Shown: positions 24,723 through 39,499 of the stretch, piece by piece
How positions within the stretch are numbered: the first letter of the stretch is position 1
Layout: each line of letters begins with the position of its first letter
Origin: Octopus vulgaris
Lineage: Eukaryota
Direction of reading: 5' to 3'
DNA length: 64,000 bases
NCBI GenBank assembly: GCA_951406725.2
Contig: OX597822.1
Span: 82,770,001-82,834,000 of the forward strand
The notes under the pieces: model-generated
Database searches by the model: none
Told to the model about the DNA's origin: nothing
The model's input: only the letters and a program-made list of their open reading frames with translations
Made by a program: the position numbers and the translations under genes

Positions 24723-24748
24723 GTTTGGATCCCAACAAACAGGACTGA
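24723..24748 (+). CDS. PRKAG: AMPK gamma probable terminal coding exon
   Basis: long poly-T tract + cag acceptor; phase-compatible (G)LDPNKQD-TGA. Confidence 0.7.
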
Positions 24749-25587
24749 TTTCTCTACATTCATTTCTTTTAATCAATCCATCCATTTTAACCATCATCCA
24801 TCCTAGTGCAACATGTATTCTACTAGAAAGATGGTGGGAAAAGGGGACAACTGAGATTTTGAGGATTTGCACACAAGTCTGCTAGTGCTTACTTACCAAA
24901 GTTGAAATGATTGGGTCTTGGCCATATTTCACTGTTGTCTGTTCCCAGTCAAATTGTAACTAATATTGTCTCAATCCCAGAAAACCTGTGTACACTTTCT
25001 CTCATCTTTGAGGGATTCTGTTTACCTATCAAACAGTAGTGGCCTAGCTTACACCTAGCTTAACTATTTAAGCAATCGGGTCGTTGCACAATTTTTTTTT
25101 TCCAAATCTTGGAGACACTTTTATCTCTTTTTCTACAAGATTTCTTGTAATTGTCTTTCAATTTGACTTACAGTTAATGTTTTGCACAGTTAACAAGAAA
25201 ATCTTGACATGATTCTCGACTACCACTCTGTGCCACTCTTGATACCACAAAATGTATTGCTACCAGAATGTTTAATCCACAAACCAGCACAAATGGCTCT
25301 CTATAGAATTTCTTTTAAATCCAGAATAAAAGTTAAAATCATAAATAAGTCTTAGAACTACAACTAGTTTCTTGTGAAATACATTCTTCTCAGATAAACT
25401 GACAGTACCAAAAACTTCAATGTTAAAAACATGTAAAGAGTAAATTGAAAATTTACATTTTTTTTCAATAGCTAATCTTTTTTCATAATTTTACTATATA
25501 TAAGTATATATTACTTTATTATGAATCAAAATTGTGATACATTTAATATTGGTTCTATTGTGTATCTTTTTAAAGATACATACATGC

Positions 25588-25664
<77 letters not shown>
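25588..25664. repeat. compound (TA)n(TG)n(TA)n microsatellite
   Basis: direct reading; other (TA)n at ~29738, 31413, 48458, 60540. Confidence 0.95.
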
Positions 25665-25668
<4 letters not shown>

Positions 25669-28629
25669 GTTATACATATACTCCTTATCTATATAAAACT
25701 TCTTTTTAGACTCAGTTTTTCTGTTATGCAGTGTTGAATACATAAAAATCAATTGTTTACAATTAATTTCCAGTTGACGTACATGTGCCTTCATATTTTA
25801 AATAAACAGTCATCGTTTATAGTTAGTGGAACAACTCATTGACACCATTACAGAATACTGACTATGGGATTCACATCTTTAACATTCTCTAACTTACATT
25901 TAAGAATACTTTAAAAACTGTGAGTGATTTGTTGTGTATGTGTGCATGTGTGTTTGGAAAATTTCATCATATTGAAATTGTACAGAGATTGTCTTCTTTG
26001 TCTTTTTTTAATTATTAATGTAAGAAACTAGTGTTGAATATGGAAAAGATATCTGGTATTGAAACCAAGTATTTGATATTTTAACAAACTTATCTGGATT
26101 TAAATTTAGCCATTTGTATTTTTGTTGGCTGTAATCTATTAATCTCAAATGTCAATAATAATTATAACATAAATTATTATCACAGCTAAAGTTGTCAATA
26201 CATTGTTGTTAAGAACCACAATTTGAAATAAAATTATATTCAGTCTCTATTTGTAACAAAATACTAACTTAACCAAGCTCAATTAACAAATTAGGTTAAT
26301 GAACACTGTCAGAAGACATAATTTATCAATTCTAATTGATTTACTCAAGATTTACGTCAGACTTAGATATTTTATGAACATTTTTTTTTACTTTTAATAT
26401 TTCCTTTCCTGGTCCTAAGTTTTACATATGATTATCTCATGCAGCAAGTACTAATGTATTTCACTTCAAATTTTACACATAAAAATAATCAGCTGGATAA
26501 GGTAGGGGACTACTAAGCCATGGGTCACAAGTTCTTCTATCATTAAGTATTGTATATCTGTGTCTGTGGATAAGACTACTGATTATATTCACCTAAGTTT
26601 ACCTGCTTGGATTATTATAGCTTCCAGGCCTTCAGGAAAACAGACTTGGGGTGGACTAGCATCCTTTCGGGGAGATTTGAAATCCTGTATGATGACACCA
26701 CAAGAACTGGGTTTAAACACCCAGTCTGACAAACTTCTGTGGTTTAACAAGGTAACTCCTCTGCAACAACTTAACCTGCCAGAAATAGCAGCTAAATCTC
26801 CTTTAAATTCCATCCTATCTTCATAGGAAGGTCTTCTAATTGGTTAATGTCTTACTAGAAGTAGTAAACAACATAAACAGGTTGGTCATGGCTGGAATGT
26901 CTTCATCATGGCTATATTTAAGCTGAGGCTTAATACCTCCTGTAATTCATAAAATGATTTGAGTTTTTTTTGTTTTTGTTGGTTTGTTAATCACCTAATA
27001 ATCTAACTGTGATATAATCTGAATTTGCTTAAATCTTCTGTTAAAGATTTTAAACTGATGTCAAAGGCAGTAGCAAAACAAATGGTACCAGACTATTATT
27101 GGATTTACTTTCATCCCTCTGTGTCTTAAGTTCAGATCTAAGCAGAGTCTATATTCTTTCATGGGATTGATTCTGCTAAGAATATAGACATTTCCTACAA
27201 ATTAGGAATACATTCTTCCTAAAACATCAATGTCTTTTATTTTTCCATTGAATTCTTGGAAACGATTTTGATTTAGTAAACAAAGAAACTTCCTTGGCAG
27301 ATTGGTTTAACTGTTCCACTTTATGTCTTGTGGTACATATCATGAATGGTTCAGCACTCTGGTGTGTGTGTATTCACACACATACACACACACTCACACT
27401 GTAATTCAAAACATCTGTACTTATGCTTGAAAAGACAGAAGAAAGCGTTTTTTTTTTTTTTTAATTATAATTTACCATCCGTATTAGTAATTTTATTAAG
27501 AAAACTAACACTTAAAAATTTGTTTCAATACATATTATAACAGCACAAATTTTTAGAAATCAAATCATGAAATATCATGCTTAAATGCCTTTTTTTTCTT
27601 TCTTTTTTTTATAAATTTTAACTTTCACGCATTCCAGTGTACACACTACATTGCTTAGGCACACATCATTGTTTAGATACAAAATATACTCCCAGCCCTC
27701 ACCCCTTCTCTCCTACACACACCTAAACCCAAGCCCTGTGAGTGAAATTGGACAGATTGAAATCGTAGAGGCCCATCAGATTGACAATACTAATTTGGTG
27801 GCTTAGAAGGTGAATTTTTTGAAACCAACAAAATGGCCCAGAAAATTAACTTGCACTTTAGGTCAGGGTTTGTGTTGCAAGCAAGCAGTAGTTCAATTAT
27901 TTCAATGGTTTGTAAAATGAACTGCAAATATTTCTCTCACAAAACTGCTTTATAGTGTTATTGCTGTTTTCTTAACCAACCATATATACTGATAGTATTT
28001 ATTTTTATATTAAGTTATCAATAGTACTAGTTGTCATTGTTTCCATACTGACCATCTCTGACGAGCACAGTTATTGGATCATCTGATTACCTAATATCCT
28101 GTGTGAAACTAGTTGGTAAGATCATCTGTAATGGATCTATAGTACTGTATACTTAATATATACCCATTTTATTGACAAATATACGACTGTATATTTTTTT
28201 CTGATGTATGGATTCTTAGACAACGGTACTTATATAGTAGTGCTAGATAAGAGGAAAATAGAGAACACCTGATGTTTTCTAGCTCTGCATTTTATTAGCT
28301 TGAAGCTATCAGTTATTTATTAAGCTATATAGTTTGATGTAGCATTGGCTACTAACTTAATTTATAGGGAAATATTTAAACAAAATATACTTTATGTCTT
28401 ACCTATATTCAACTGTAATTCATAGTTTTGAGACAAAATTCCATAAAAAATTCTTGTAAACATCACTTTAATATATCAATAAATTTACGTTACAGTTGTC
28501 TTATAAAACCATTTTAATTGGCATTTATTTCAGAATTTAGCTACATTGTGTCAGTGATGTATTTTAGCTTGAAACATAGTATGGAAAGGATTAAAGTGTT
28601 ACTATAATGGATATGGACGCATCAAAACT

Positions 28630-28845
28630 TTAATCTTTTAGCATTCAGATTACACTGTCAAAGTGATGCTTGTTTATTCATGTTATTTTGAATTAATCAT
28701 GCATTTTCTCATAGCTTTCAGAATTTTATGAAGTAACTGTTAATTTTTAGAATGATATTCTATGGTAATTGTAAGAGGGGCCCATATCTGGCCAGTTTGA
28801 ACATAAGACAGAATATTTTGGCCAGTTTAAATGCGAAAAGGTTAA
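28630..28845. mobile_element. piggyBac-type MITE (same family, decayed)
   Basis: TTAATCTTTTAGCATT...AATGCGAAAAGGTTAA; internal similarity to 5298-5510 and 54089-54298. Confidence 0.65.
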
Positions 28846-29739
28846 AATGGCCTGTCAATAGAGAGAACTGTGAATATCAAATGAAAGTTCATTTTTAATT
28901 TTCTCTAGAAAGGTCCTGTTGACATTTAAGTGCACCTTGTAAGGTGATGTACGATATAAGCTGTCAAATAAAGCACCTCTTTTGGAGTGGTAGACATAAT
29001 GTATTGTTTAGTTCAGCATCATCTTTGGTATCAGGTGTTGGGTTTGAAAGTAAGCCAATATTCTGTATCACTGCTTCTTACTAAACCATAAAAAAAATAA
29101 CATATAAATAGTTTGTGAAAGTTTAACATGTGAAAGAATAATATGAAAAAGTATTGCATTTTGTGGCACAAAAGACACATGGGCATATTAGAAACCCCAA
29201 TTTCAGTAGCAGGTATTCTGGACAAAAAAGTTTTTAGTGCTTTAAGACTTATGGGAAGTTCGACTTTATAGGACCTGGGGGGTGGATTTTTTTTTTTTTT
29301 TTTTTTTTTGCTTCTTATATGTCAACAAAAGGGTATATTTTTGTAGAGGAAAACAATTAAAGCATCTTCTAAATGCTTCTTAATTTCAATCATCAGATGA
29401 TAAATGTTAAAATCTAACAGAAGAAACATTTTTGCTCAAATGTCTATTGCAGCTTTAAGTTTGTTATTTGTTTAAATGTGGGGGGAGGTGTTCCATCAAA
29501 TCAAATTAACACATAAAGATTATTTACACAAAAATAGTAGCAATGAAATTTGTCGAAGTTGACGACTTAACAGATTTGTTTCATGCTGGTAGCAGTACTG
29601 TGGTATTGTAATATGAGACCAAATTTATAACCTGACAGTGTGGTATGAACTACATAAATGAATGTTTCTTACTTCATCTTATAATTGGTACTGATAAAAA
29701 CTATTATTCTTATTGGCAAATGTGATATCTGGATTTGTG

Positions 29740-29795
<56 letters not shown>

Positions 29796-31409
29796 TTTCC
29801 ATACTAGCTTTAATCAAGACAGGGATGTCATTAATATTATTCAGGAAAAGTATTGATACAGTGTTTAACTATATACTGCTGAACAGAACAAAACAGCAAA
29901 AAATGTTTTTGATTTTTTTTTTTTTTAACTGAAAAAAGTGTGTGTGTATGTCTTATTGTTTTTTAAATACATATTTATAAATTCTTAAACTCTGACATTT
30001 AAATCCATTATAAAAACATCAACAGACTGATGATCTCCCTTTTCCAAATTTTTCCACATTTCATAAGCCATTTTCTTAATCTTAATACGGTAATGAAGGT
30101 TATTTCAAAATTTAATATTTCTGATGAAATTCAAAACCTTTCTGGATTTTTTGTGCAAAGATGTTTTTTGTTTGGTTTTTTTTTACTAAAACATTTGATT
30201 TTTTTATGGGAACTTTAGGATTGGTTGTAAAGTACATTTGCAAAGTGGAAGCAGTTTAGATGTGTGGACTTTGTCGTGTGACATCATTGATTAACATAAC
30301 AGAGATGGTTTTAAGAGAAGTGTATGGAGGAAGAATTCATTAGGGTTATCAGTTTCTTCCTCTCTTGTTTCTAAAACCAGATCCAACCAAAACTAAATTC
30401 CATTTTCTATTCCTCAAGAAAGAGAGGATTGATAAAACAACCACCAGTAATAGACTGGGTTCAAGTCAAACTTCTAAATTTCTTCAACAGAAATTATTTC
30501 CCTGCGGCTAATCAAAAGAAATCAAAACTAATTAGCACAACATTAATCTATTAATTTATCAAATAATGACTTTTAACCATTTTTTTTTTCTATTGGAGGA
30601 GAGGCATGTAATTAATTTAATCATTTCTAGTAATTGACTGTCACTTATTTTATTAATTCTGAAATAATGAAAATAAAGTTTGGCTTTGGTAGAATCTAGA
30701 CACTGAACACAAGGAATGAGGCTAAATCCTGCCAGGCATTATTATGTGCAGCACTTTACCATTTCTGTCAGTGACATTGGTCTTTTCTAATTCTGTCACT
30801 TTAATATTTTAAGTGGGAACATTTTGGGGGAAATAAATGTTGGTACAAAATACCTTATTTTGATTGCTCTGTTAAGATATATAAAATGATAACAATAAAA
30901 AATAAATATACAAACATTAAAATAAGTGACAAATCAAGATATTCTTTAATTCCTTTTTTTTTTTTTTTGATATACCTTGATTTGGGAGATCTTCAGAATT
31001 TGAGCAATTCTGTTCGTTCTTTAATTAATGATTAGGTAAATGTTTGTTCACACACACACACACACACACTTTTCAATAGAAATGAAAACTGATTAAGGGC
31101 ATCAAAAATACATTTAAACAATTTATTCTAGTGATATTAAATTGAATGAAGTGTTCCTTTTTTTTTTTTTTTTTTTTAAATGTAAATAAACAGTTGTTTC
31201 ACATTGTATATTTCTGAAATAGAATATTTCTTCCCTTGAAAAAATTAGTTTTCTAACTCATTAGCAGCTGCCAAAAGACATTTGCCTTTTTTTGGATGTA
31301 TTTTACTTGATTTAGGCAGCTCAAAGAGAATCTAAGCTTCTTCCAAAATGGGGAACATTGTTAGTTCTAGTGGCTGTTAATATGCCAAGCCACTAATTTG
31401 GTGATGCAA

Positions 31410-31452
<43 letters not shown>

Positions 31453-34400
31453 TTAACTATTTAGTAAATTTTTGAAGAGAGATAATAAATTTGTATATGA
31501 ATTGTATAAACAGAAAAAAATAAGCTTTTTCTCTCACTGTCTGTGTGTGTATATAATTATGCATATATATAATATATATATATACTTACATCTATATTTA
31601 GAATTTAAAAGGAGAAATTCCATGCATACATATATATTTTGTGATGTACAGCCAAAGGAATTGAATGCAGGGTTTAAAAAAAAAAAAATGAATGACCCTG
31701 TTTTTAATTTTTTTTTTATTAATTCATTAATCTTAGAAAAATAAAATATTTGGAATTAGCCTTCAAATATATATATATTTATTTTTGTTTTTGTTTTCTT
31801 TTGAATGCATTCATAACATTGTGATGGTTATAAATTTCATTGAAGATGCTTGCTTGGGTGTATAATGTTGTTCATCTAATGACTGACTGAGTCAGCAATC
31901 AAACTCAGCTGTGTGGTTAAGAAGTTCGATTCCACTATGTAGCACTTTTGGCAAGGGTCTTTTATTATCTCCCCGAATTATCTAATTTTGTGTGGAAAAC
32001 TTTGATAGAAAGAAATAGGGAAGAAGCCCATCATGTATGATGTGCGAATGTACATATGTATATCATGTCATTTGACATCTTTTGTCCATGTTGGCATGAG
32101 TTGGACAATGTGACAAAAGCTGGAGAGCTGCACTAGGCTCCAATTGTCTGGTTTTATATATATATATATATATATCATCATCATCATCGTTTAACGTCCG
32201 TTTTCCATGCTAGCATGGGTTGGACGGTTCAACTGGGGTCTGGCAAGCCCGAAGGCTGCACCAGGCCAGTCAGATCTGGCAGTGTTTCTACAGCTGGATG
32301 CCCTTCCTAACGCCAACCACATATATATATGTATGTGTGTGTGTGTGTGTATATATGTATGTGTGTGTGTGTATGTATGTGTATATATATATATATATAT
32401 ATATGTGTGTGAAGGCACATGGCTCAGTGGTTAGAGTGTCGAGCCAACGATCATGAGGTTGTAAGCTTGAATCCTGGACTGGGGTGCATGTTGTGTTCTT
32501 GAGCAAGACGCTTTATTTCACGTTGCTCCAGTTCACTCAGCTGTAGAAATGAGTTGTGACATCACAGGTGCTAAGCTGTATCAGCCCTTGCCTTTCCCTT
32601 GGATAACACTGGTGGCGTTGAGAGAGGAAGCCGGTATGCATGGGCAACTGCTGGTCTTCCATAAACAACCTTGCCTGGACTTGTGCCTAGGAGGGTAATT
32701 TTCTAGGTGCAATCCCATGGTCAGTGTTGTGGCCGAAGGGGGTCTCAGAATATATATATGAGTGTGTATATGCATGGCTATGTGATTAAGAAAGCTTGCT
32801 TCCTAACCATGTGGTCTTGGGTTCAGTTCTACTATGCAGTACTGAGTGAGTGTCTTCTACTGTAGCCAGTACAATCAAATCCTTGAGTGGATTTGGTAAA
32901 CAGAAACTCACCTGAAACAGGTAAGAGTTGGTGACAGGGCATTGAGCAAGCCGTAGAAACTCTGCCTCAACAAGTTTTGTTTGGCCCATGCAAGCACAGA
33001 AACCACTTCTCAGCCACTGTTGTTACGAGATCTACTCTGATCTGAAGTAGTAGTGCCTTCCAGGAGCCCAGCTATGGGTTAATGAGCTTGTCATGGAATT
33101 ATCTATTGGATGGTCACTCACAAACACCCCACACAGATCCAGGGCAGAAGAGGTCTTTTTATTTTTTGTTGCTCATCTAAGAGAAAATAACTCCATACAA
33201 ATCCTGCAGCCTAATAACAACTGGACATGTGGCACTTATTGCACCCAACTAATCCATGTTTGAAGAACAAGAGAGTGGGACTGGATAATCCTCCTACGAG
33301 GATTATATGGTTTGCCTGCCTGTCACCTGCTAATCTTTGAATGTTAAAACTAATGTATGTAGAAAATTCCATGCCTTGATACATAAGTATGTCCCGGATA
33401 GCCTTAGGTATAAAATTTTTAATAGATGTTCAGTGAAAGTTTCTTGCAACTGCTGCTCCAACATGAAAGATATTATTATATGTAAGTCACAGTAGGTGCC
33501 TTAATACTGTAAGGTTAGTTCAGTGTTTGAAGAAGCTGAAATTTACCTCAGTTCTACAAAATAATGAAACTCAAACGTTTATTAGGCTATGTGAAAGTAA
33601 CATTAACAAATGACATACCAACGACCAGTCTTCTTTCAAGAAAATCATCAAGTTAACTAGCAATCTAAGAACTCCACTGATTTACTGAATTCTAGATCTG
33701 AAATTTTCACTAAATGTAAGCATTTGGATAAGTTTCTATTATCAAACTGGAAAACACCACAAACTTTAACCTTTTCTCTTTAAATTAATTACACCAAGAA
33801 TTATTAATTCCCATTCTAACAGTTCAAAGGGACACAACTTATAGTAGCTTGCATTTAAATCCTGTGTATCGTCATTATCATTTAATGACCATTGTCCATG
33901 CTGGCATGGGTTGGACGGTTTGACCTGGGCTGGAAGGCTGCATCAGACTCCAGTCTGTTTTGGCATGGTTTCTACAGCTGGATGCCCTTCCTAATGCCAA
34001 ATACTCCGAGAGTGTAATGGGCCCATTTGTGTGATACCAGTATCTGCCATGACTGCAGTTTTACTTGGCTTGATGTGTCTTCTTCTCAAGCACAGCAGAA
34101 TGCCAAATGGACTTGGTCATTGCCTCCGTGAGGTCCAATGCTCAAAGCCCAACATAATGCCAAATGGTCTTGATCCTAGCCCTTGTGAGGCCTGTATTAA
34201 ATGATATTTATTTCTCACTAGATGGAGTACTCTTCTTTTGTAGATCCCATGTATAACAGAACAGTACTTTATGTTGTAATAGGGACATACAATCCAGGGA
34301 GCCAAGTCTAGGAAGGTACTAAACTTCAAGCATTTATGCAGCTAGTACAGATGACCAAAGATGGAGAATATATGATAAAAACGAGTTTATTAACATCATT

Positions 34401-34739
34401 AGTTACACACTTTATCCCATAGTGAAATTAAAAGAAATTTTGATCTGTTAACAGTTACCATACAACTCACAGTTCAGCAACTTTTGTTCCTAAAACTGAA
34501 TTAAAATCCAAGAAAATAAGGAACAGAAAATTTCTTTAAATATAACGTATAAACAGAGCTCTCTTGGTTGTGTATTTAATTTGATATATATATATATATA
34601 TATATAATAAAAACATAATACAAGGAGATAACAAAGGAAAATATGGAAAAACCCACAATATATGTGGACATGGTGAAACCTTCGTCAGTTACCAAACAAA
34701 ATTCCTTACAATTTCAACACTTTCTGATAATATTATTCA

Positions 34740-35407
34740 ATTAGGCTGATTGGGAAGCCTCCAGACCCAAACACGTCTGCTGTCTGAAAATAATGCAAAT
34801 CTGGATTCAGCTGAGAAAATCACTCTATCCCCAAATGAACTGGATTTTTCTGACACCTCCTTAGCCCATTTCTTCCTTTTCGTGATATTAATTGGTTGAA
34901 GGAAAGGTTTTCTTCTAGCTGCTCGTTCATAATACCCAAGCTTATGCAGATATGTAACACACATTCTTGGACTTCTAGCTGTTTTGCAATATCGGAGGCC
35001 TTCGAACAGGGTTTGTTTTACACAATTCTCTTCAAATAGCGAAGCTTCCTTTCCAAGGGCCCAGGTCGGCCAGGACGAGAATCTGTTGATTCTTTTCGTT
35101 GGCTTTTGAATTGCACTATAATTCTATTAACAGTAGCAAGAGGTATTTGAAGATTTTCAGCAATATTTCACTGGCTAAGACCAGCTACAGATTGCCCAAC
35201 AATACGACCTCTTTGAAAATCTGACAGTTCTGCTGAATTTTTTGTGTGCAGCATGGTTACTCTCTTCGCAACTGTTTAACATAATGGCACCTGGAATGAA
35301 AAAGAATAATTACATTGTAAATTCTACACCGCTGAAAACATATTAAGACACTTAGATCAGAAATTTCGAAAATTAAAGGTGTTTATTTACTTCCTGCATG
35401 TCTGTGT
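34740..35407 (-). mobile_element. Tc1/mariner transposon 5' half, pseudogenised transposase
   Basis: ATG at 35254: ELSDFQRGRIVG...RPGRP...AARRKPFL...KWAK...[10 protein letters not shown] (first catalytic D lost), two stops and a frameshift; TIR-like end near 35407. Confidence 0.85.
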
Positions 35408-37387
35408 ACAATGAGAGAAACAAGTAAACAAGGACAGTAACAAAAAAAATATACTTTAAATTTATAATGAGCAACACAGAGATATTCAGGCACACGCAAT
35501 GTTTATCATTAAAGAGACCAAAAATGACATAGAAAGTAATGCTAATAGGGAAGATGGGGGTTGTTATGAATTCCTACTTTTAGATATGGATAACCAAGAA
35601 CAAAACATGAAAGAGCACCATAAATGTCATTTATTTGGTTTGGTTGGCTTTTTTCATTATTGGCTGACAGAATTGCAGAGGCAGTAATTGAACCACTTTT
35701 GTTGTACTTGGGCTGTTTCTATATGTGGTAAGTATACTTGCTTACTCTCAAATACCCTTACCACCTCTCATGGATATGCCATGAAGGAAAGATAAGTCAA
35801 TATGTTTGCAGCATCCATAGAGCTGCAGGTGATGATGGATATTTGTTAAGTATAGCTGTACATATCTGCCTTAGAGTCTTGAATAAATTACCCCACAAGA
35901 CAGCAGGGGTTTATTATTACAGTGGGCATGGTCTGTGCACTCTTTCATCCTTCAAACTTGTATTGGTCTAATGCAACAAGTACCATGAGTCCAGTATTTA
36001 TGAGGATAAAGGATTTGTATGGAGTTACCTTCTCTTAGATGAGCAAAGAGCTGAAGGGCCTGTGTCTGTGAGTGGCCTTCTTTGGAAGGCAATGCCATGA
36101 TTTATTAATTGACCCATCGCTGGGACCCTAACAGTGGCTACTACTCTGTGTCAGTGTAGACCTGACAACAAGAGTGACTAAGAGGTGGTGCCACTCTCCT
36201 CAATATCCTGAATCTGGGGCCCACATCCAGATGCAGTTTCAAGTCATACCCATACCCAGCACATCATTTATTTATGCACAAGCTTTACCCTGACTTCAAC
36301 AATGTCCACACCCTTTCTTTTCATCAACATATTGAAATTGTTGTATCAGCCCAAATGTCCAGGGCTGATAATAAAAACAAATTTTTAGAATTGTTCACAA
36401 GAGGAGATTGTTGATCTTCAAGGAATTTGACATTTCTATTCTGCTTTCAAGTGTATCTACAGAGTCTGTTGATTTCCAAGTTGACAGAATATCAGACAAA
36501 AAGCCAGCAATTCATACTTTATAATCAGCATTGCATTGAGTTCCTATTGGTTCCTATGTACATAACTCAAGTGTGTATAAATCAATGCTGTAGCTGTAAC
36601 TGGCAACAGTATTGTTACAGTTGAATTCTTTACAATTAAAAATCCAGCTTCAGTTATTCTCACATGAATTGCTACTTGAGACAGATTAGCTTCCTAGCCA
36701 GGTAGAGAGTGTTCTTGCATCAGCTTACCAGAACCTGAAATTTAGATAAAGGATTAGTATATCTTCTTTTATCTTTTACTTGATTCAATCATTGGACTGC
36801 AGCCATTCTGGAGCACTGTCTCAAATGAATCTACCCCAGCCCTTATTTTTTCAAAGCCTGGTACTTATCCTATTGGTCTTTTTCGCTAAACCACTAAGTT
36901 ATAGGCCATAAACAAACCATCACTGGTTGTCAAGTAGCTCCAGTGAATGAGTGCAACTAATTTGCATACCATTGGCCTATCAACAGGGATCTTAGTCCAC
37001 ACAGTATCAAGCTAAGATATAAGATAATTTGATTGGCACTTTTAGAAAATTATAATAATAATGATAATGAAATTATTGTGTATAGTGCTCAGGTGCACTA
37101 CAACTCATCAAAGGTGCATGTGCAGTACATAGAATTATGGACAAATGACAAGAAAGTGAACAGTGTAAGAGTCATGATATACATGTGTATGGAGGTGGGG
37201 GGGATATCAGGTGTAGTGTTGGTGAATTTCAGGAAGCATGGAGGTTTTAAAGGATGCAATGTCTTGGTGACTAACAACTGATGCAGGTAGTTTGGAATTG
37301 TAGATGCTTTGAAAAACAAAAAACAAAAAAATCCAGTAGAAAAGAAATTAAACATTAAAAATTTATTTGCTATTAAAACTGACAATC

Positions 37388-37742
37388 GTAGCACTCCATC
37401 AGTTACGACGACAATGGAACAGCCTGCTCGTGAAATTAACCTGCAAGTGGTTGAGCACTCCACAGACATGTGTACCCTTAACGTAGTTCTTGGGGATATT
37501 CAGCGTGACACAGAGTGTGACAAGGCTGGCCCTTTGAAATACAGGTACAACAGAAACAGGAAGGAGTGAGAGGAAGTTGTGATGAAAGAGTACAGCAGGA
37601 TTCGCCACCACCCCCTGCCAGAGCCTTGTGGAGCTTTAGGTGTTTTCACTCAATAAACACTCACAACACCCAGTTTGGGAATCAAAACCGCGATCCTACG
37701 ACCTCGAGTCCACTGCCCTAACCACTAAGCCAGTGTGCCCCC
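37388..37742 (-). mobile_element. tRNA-SINE family C
   Basis: A/B-box head and GGAACCCTCGTCGTCGTAACCGACGGAGTGC-type tail shared with 38693, 44268, 54345 and 60597 copies. Confidence 0.8.
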
Positions 37743-38692
37743 ACAAAAAAAAAAAAAAATCTGACAATACTAGTAAGAGTTAAGAATCAGTGTCGATTGA
37801 AAATTAAAAGATGTTTGAACATTACTTATGGTTAGACTTATAGCAATATTTCACACTCGCGTTGATTGTCTCTATAGAACAGCAGTTCTCATCCACAGCC
37901 CTTCAAGCATTCTTCTAGCAGCCCTCAATGGTCTACTCCCATTAAATATAATAAATGTTTCTTTAATTGCCTTGTTTTACTTTTGTTTTTTTTGTTTGTT
38001 TGTTTTTTTGGTGAGGCCCCCTGAAAAAAATCCAGGTTTTGGATCTGACCCAGCTATTAAAATGGTTGAGAACTACTGCTTTTGAAAGTTTTGGTAACAG
38101 AAACTTTAAAAGCGATTTTCCCACCCTTCAACCAGACAAACAGCTTACAACCTGTTCGGTAGTGCTATTAATAATAATGGAGAACCATTGAAAACTTGAA
38201 ACAGTTTTACAACTGGATGGATGTCAGTTGAACCTGCCATGGATATAACTTGATTTATTAATGCATGTGACACGTTGAATGGGTATTTTCTACTATAGAC
38301 CCAGGTTGACCAAAGCCTTTTGAATGGATCAACCCATGCCAGCATAGAAAACAGACGTTAAAGGAGGAGGAGGAGGAGGATGGTGGTGGTGGTAGTGGTG
38401 AAGAATCTGTGTGTGCGCGCGCATGTGTGTAAGTGTGTGTGTGTGTGTGTGTTGACATGCAGTGGTAAATGTACAACATCATAAAAGCATAGTTGTCCGT
38501 TTCGAGCGCCTTGTACGTAAAAACGTGTCAGGCTTCGGGGAAATATTACCTTATTTGGAAACCGGTGGTGGTTAGTGACAGAAAGGGCCTTCCAGCAATT
38601 AATCTGCCTAAACAAATTCCGTCTAATCTATGCAAACGCGGAAAAGCGGGCATCAAATGGTGATAACACTGTCTTTAATTATTGCTCGGCTG

Positions 38693-38907
38693 TGGAGGCG
38701 CAATAGCCCAGTGGTTAGGGTAGCGGACTCGCGGTCATAGGATCGTAGTTTCGATTCTCAGACCGGGCATTGTGAGTGTTTGTTGAGCGAAAATAGATAC
38801 ACGTATCTGTGGAGTGCTCAACAACTTGCACGTTCATTTCACAAGCGGGCTGTTCCGTTGATCGGATCTACTGGAACCCTCGTCGTTGTAACCGACGGAG
38901 TGCCACG
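38693..38907 (+). mobile_element. tRNA-SINE family C, internally deleted
   Basis: GGCGCAATAGCCCAGTGGTTAGG...GTTTCGATTC head; family tail; ATTGCTCGGCTGT repeated on both sides. Confidence 0.8.
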
Positions 38908-39499
38908 ATATTGCTCGGCTGTTAAAGAAATTCATTGCGATTGCAAACCAAATTCTTTGCATTTACACCGTATGAAACACATTAGATCTTTTGAATGAAT
39001 TTATTTACTAATTTTTCCTATTTGATCAAATCTATCGCAAATATTTTGTACTGCCGACAAAATATATTCACAGAAACTGAAATTCAGCGCTTTCCGCAAA
39101 TAATGCTAGTAATTAACTAGCATTATTTTTACTTTTTAGCTTTTTTTCTTTTTTTAATAAAGCGAATGTAATTAAAATTTGATGAACAAAAAAGGGGAGA
39201 TAACTCCAATATAGCTTGGAAATATTGAAAATCTTATTTTCCGTTGTAAAGAGAAGTTGATCGTCGTTATGGGTTTACATCATTTAAGTTCGTCGCTCTA
39301 TGTTCTGTGTCCAAGGCCCAGCGTAATCTTTATCCTTTCAAGATACGATAAATCGATTATGTCACCTATACTTCATCTCAATATATTCCGGTCTTTTTCC
39401 TTTGCTAAAAGACATCGGTTTTCCTGTTTTCATTAACTTATTCATTGCTAATGTTATTGAAAAATAAATGAATCGCAGAAGACGAATTAATACTAGAAA

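Larger units (their letters stand above)
24749..31790 (+). other. putative long 3'UTR of the AMPK gamma gene
   Basis: ~7 kb U-rich stretch almost free of full SINEs after the stop codon; AATAAA at e.g. 31185 and 31740, the latter followed by a T/GT-rich tract; true end unknown. Confidence 0.4.

Noticed and set aside
34645-34700. Minus-strand CTGACGAAGG motif next to the Tc1 break point
   Set aside because: No GAAA or closing stems follow; at best a truncated remnant.
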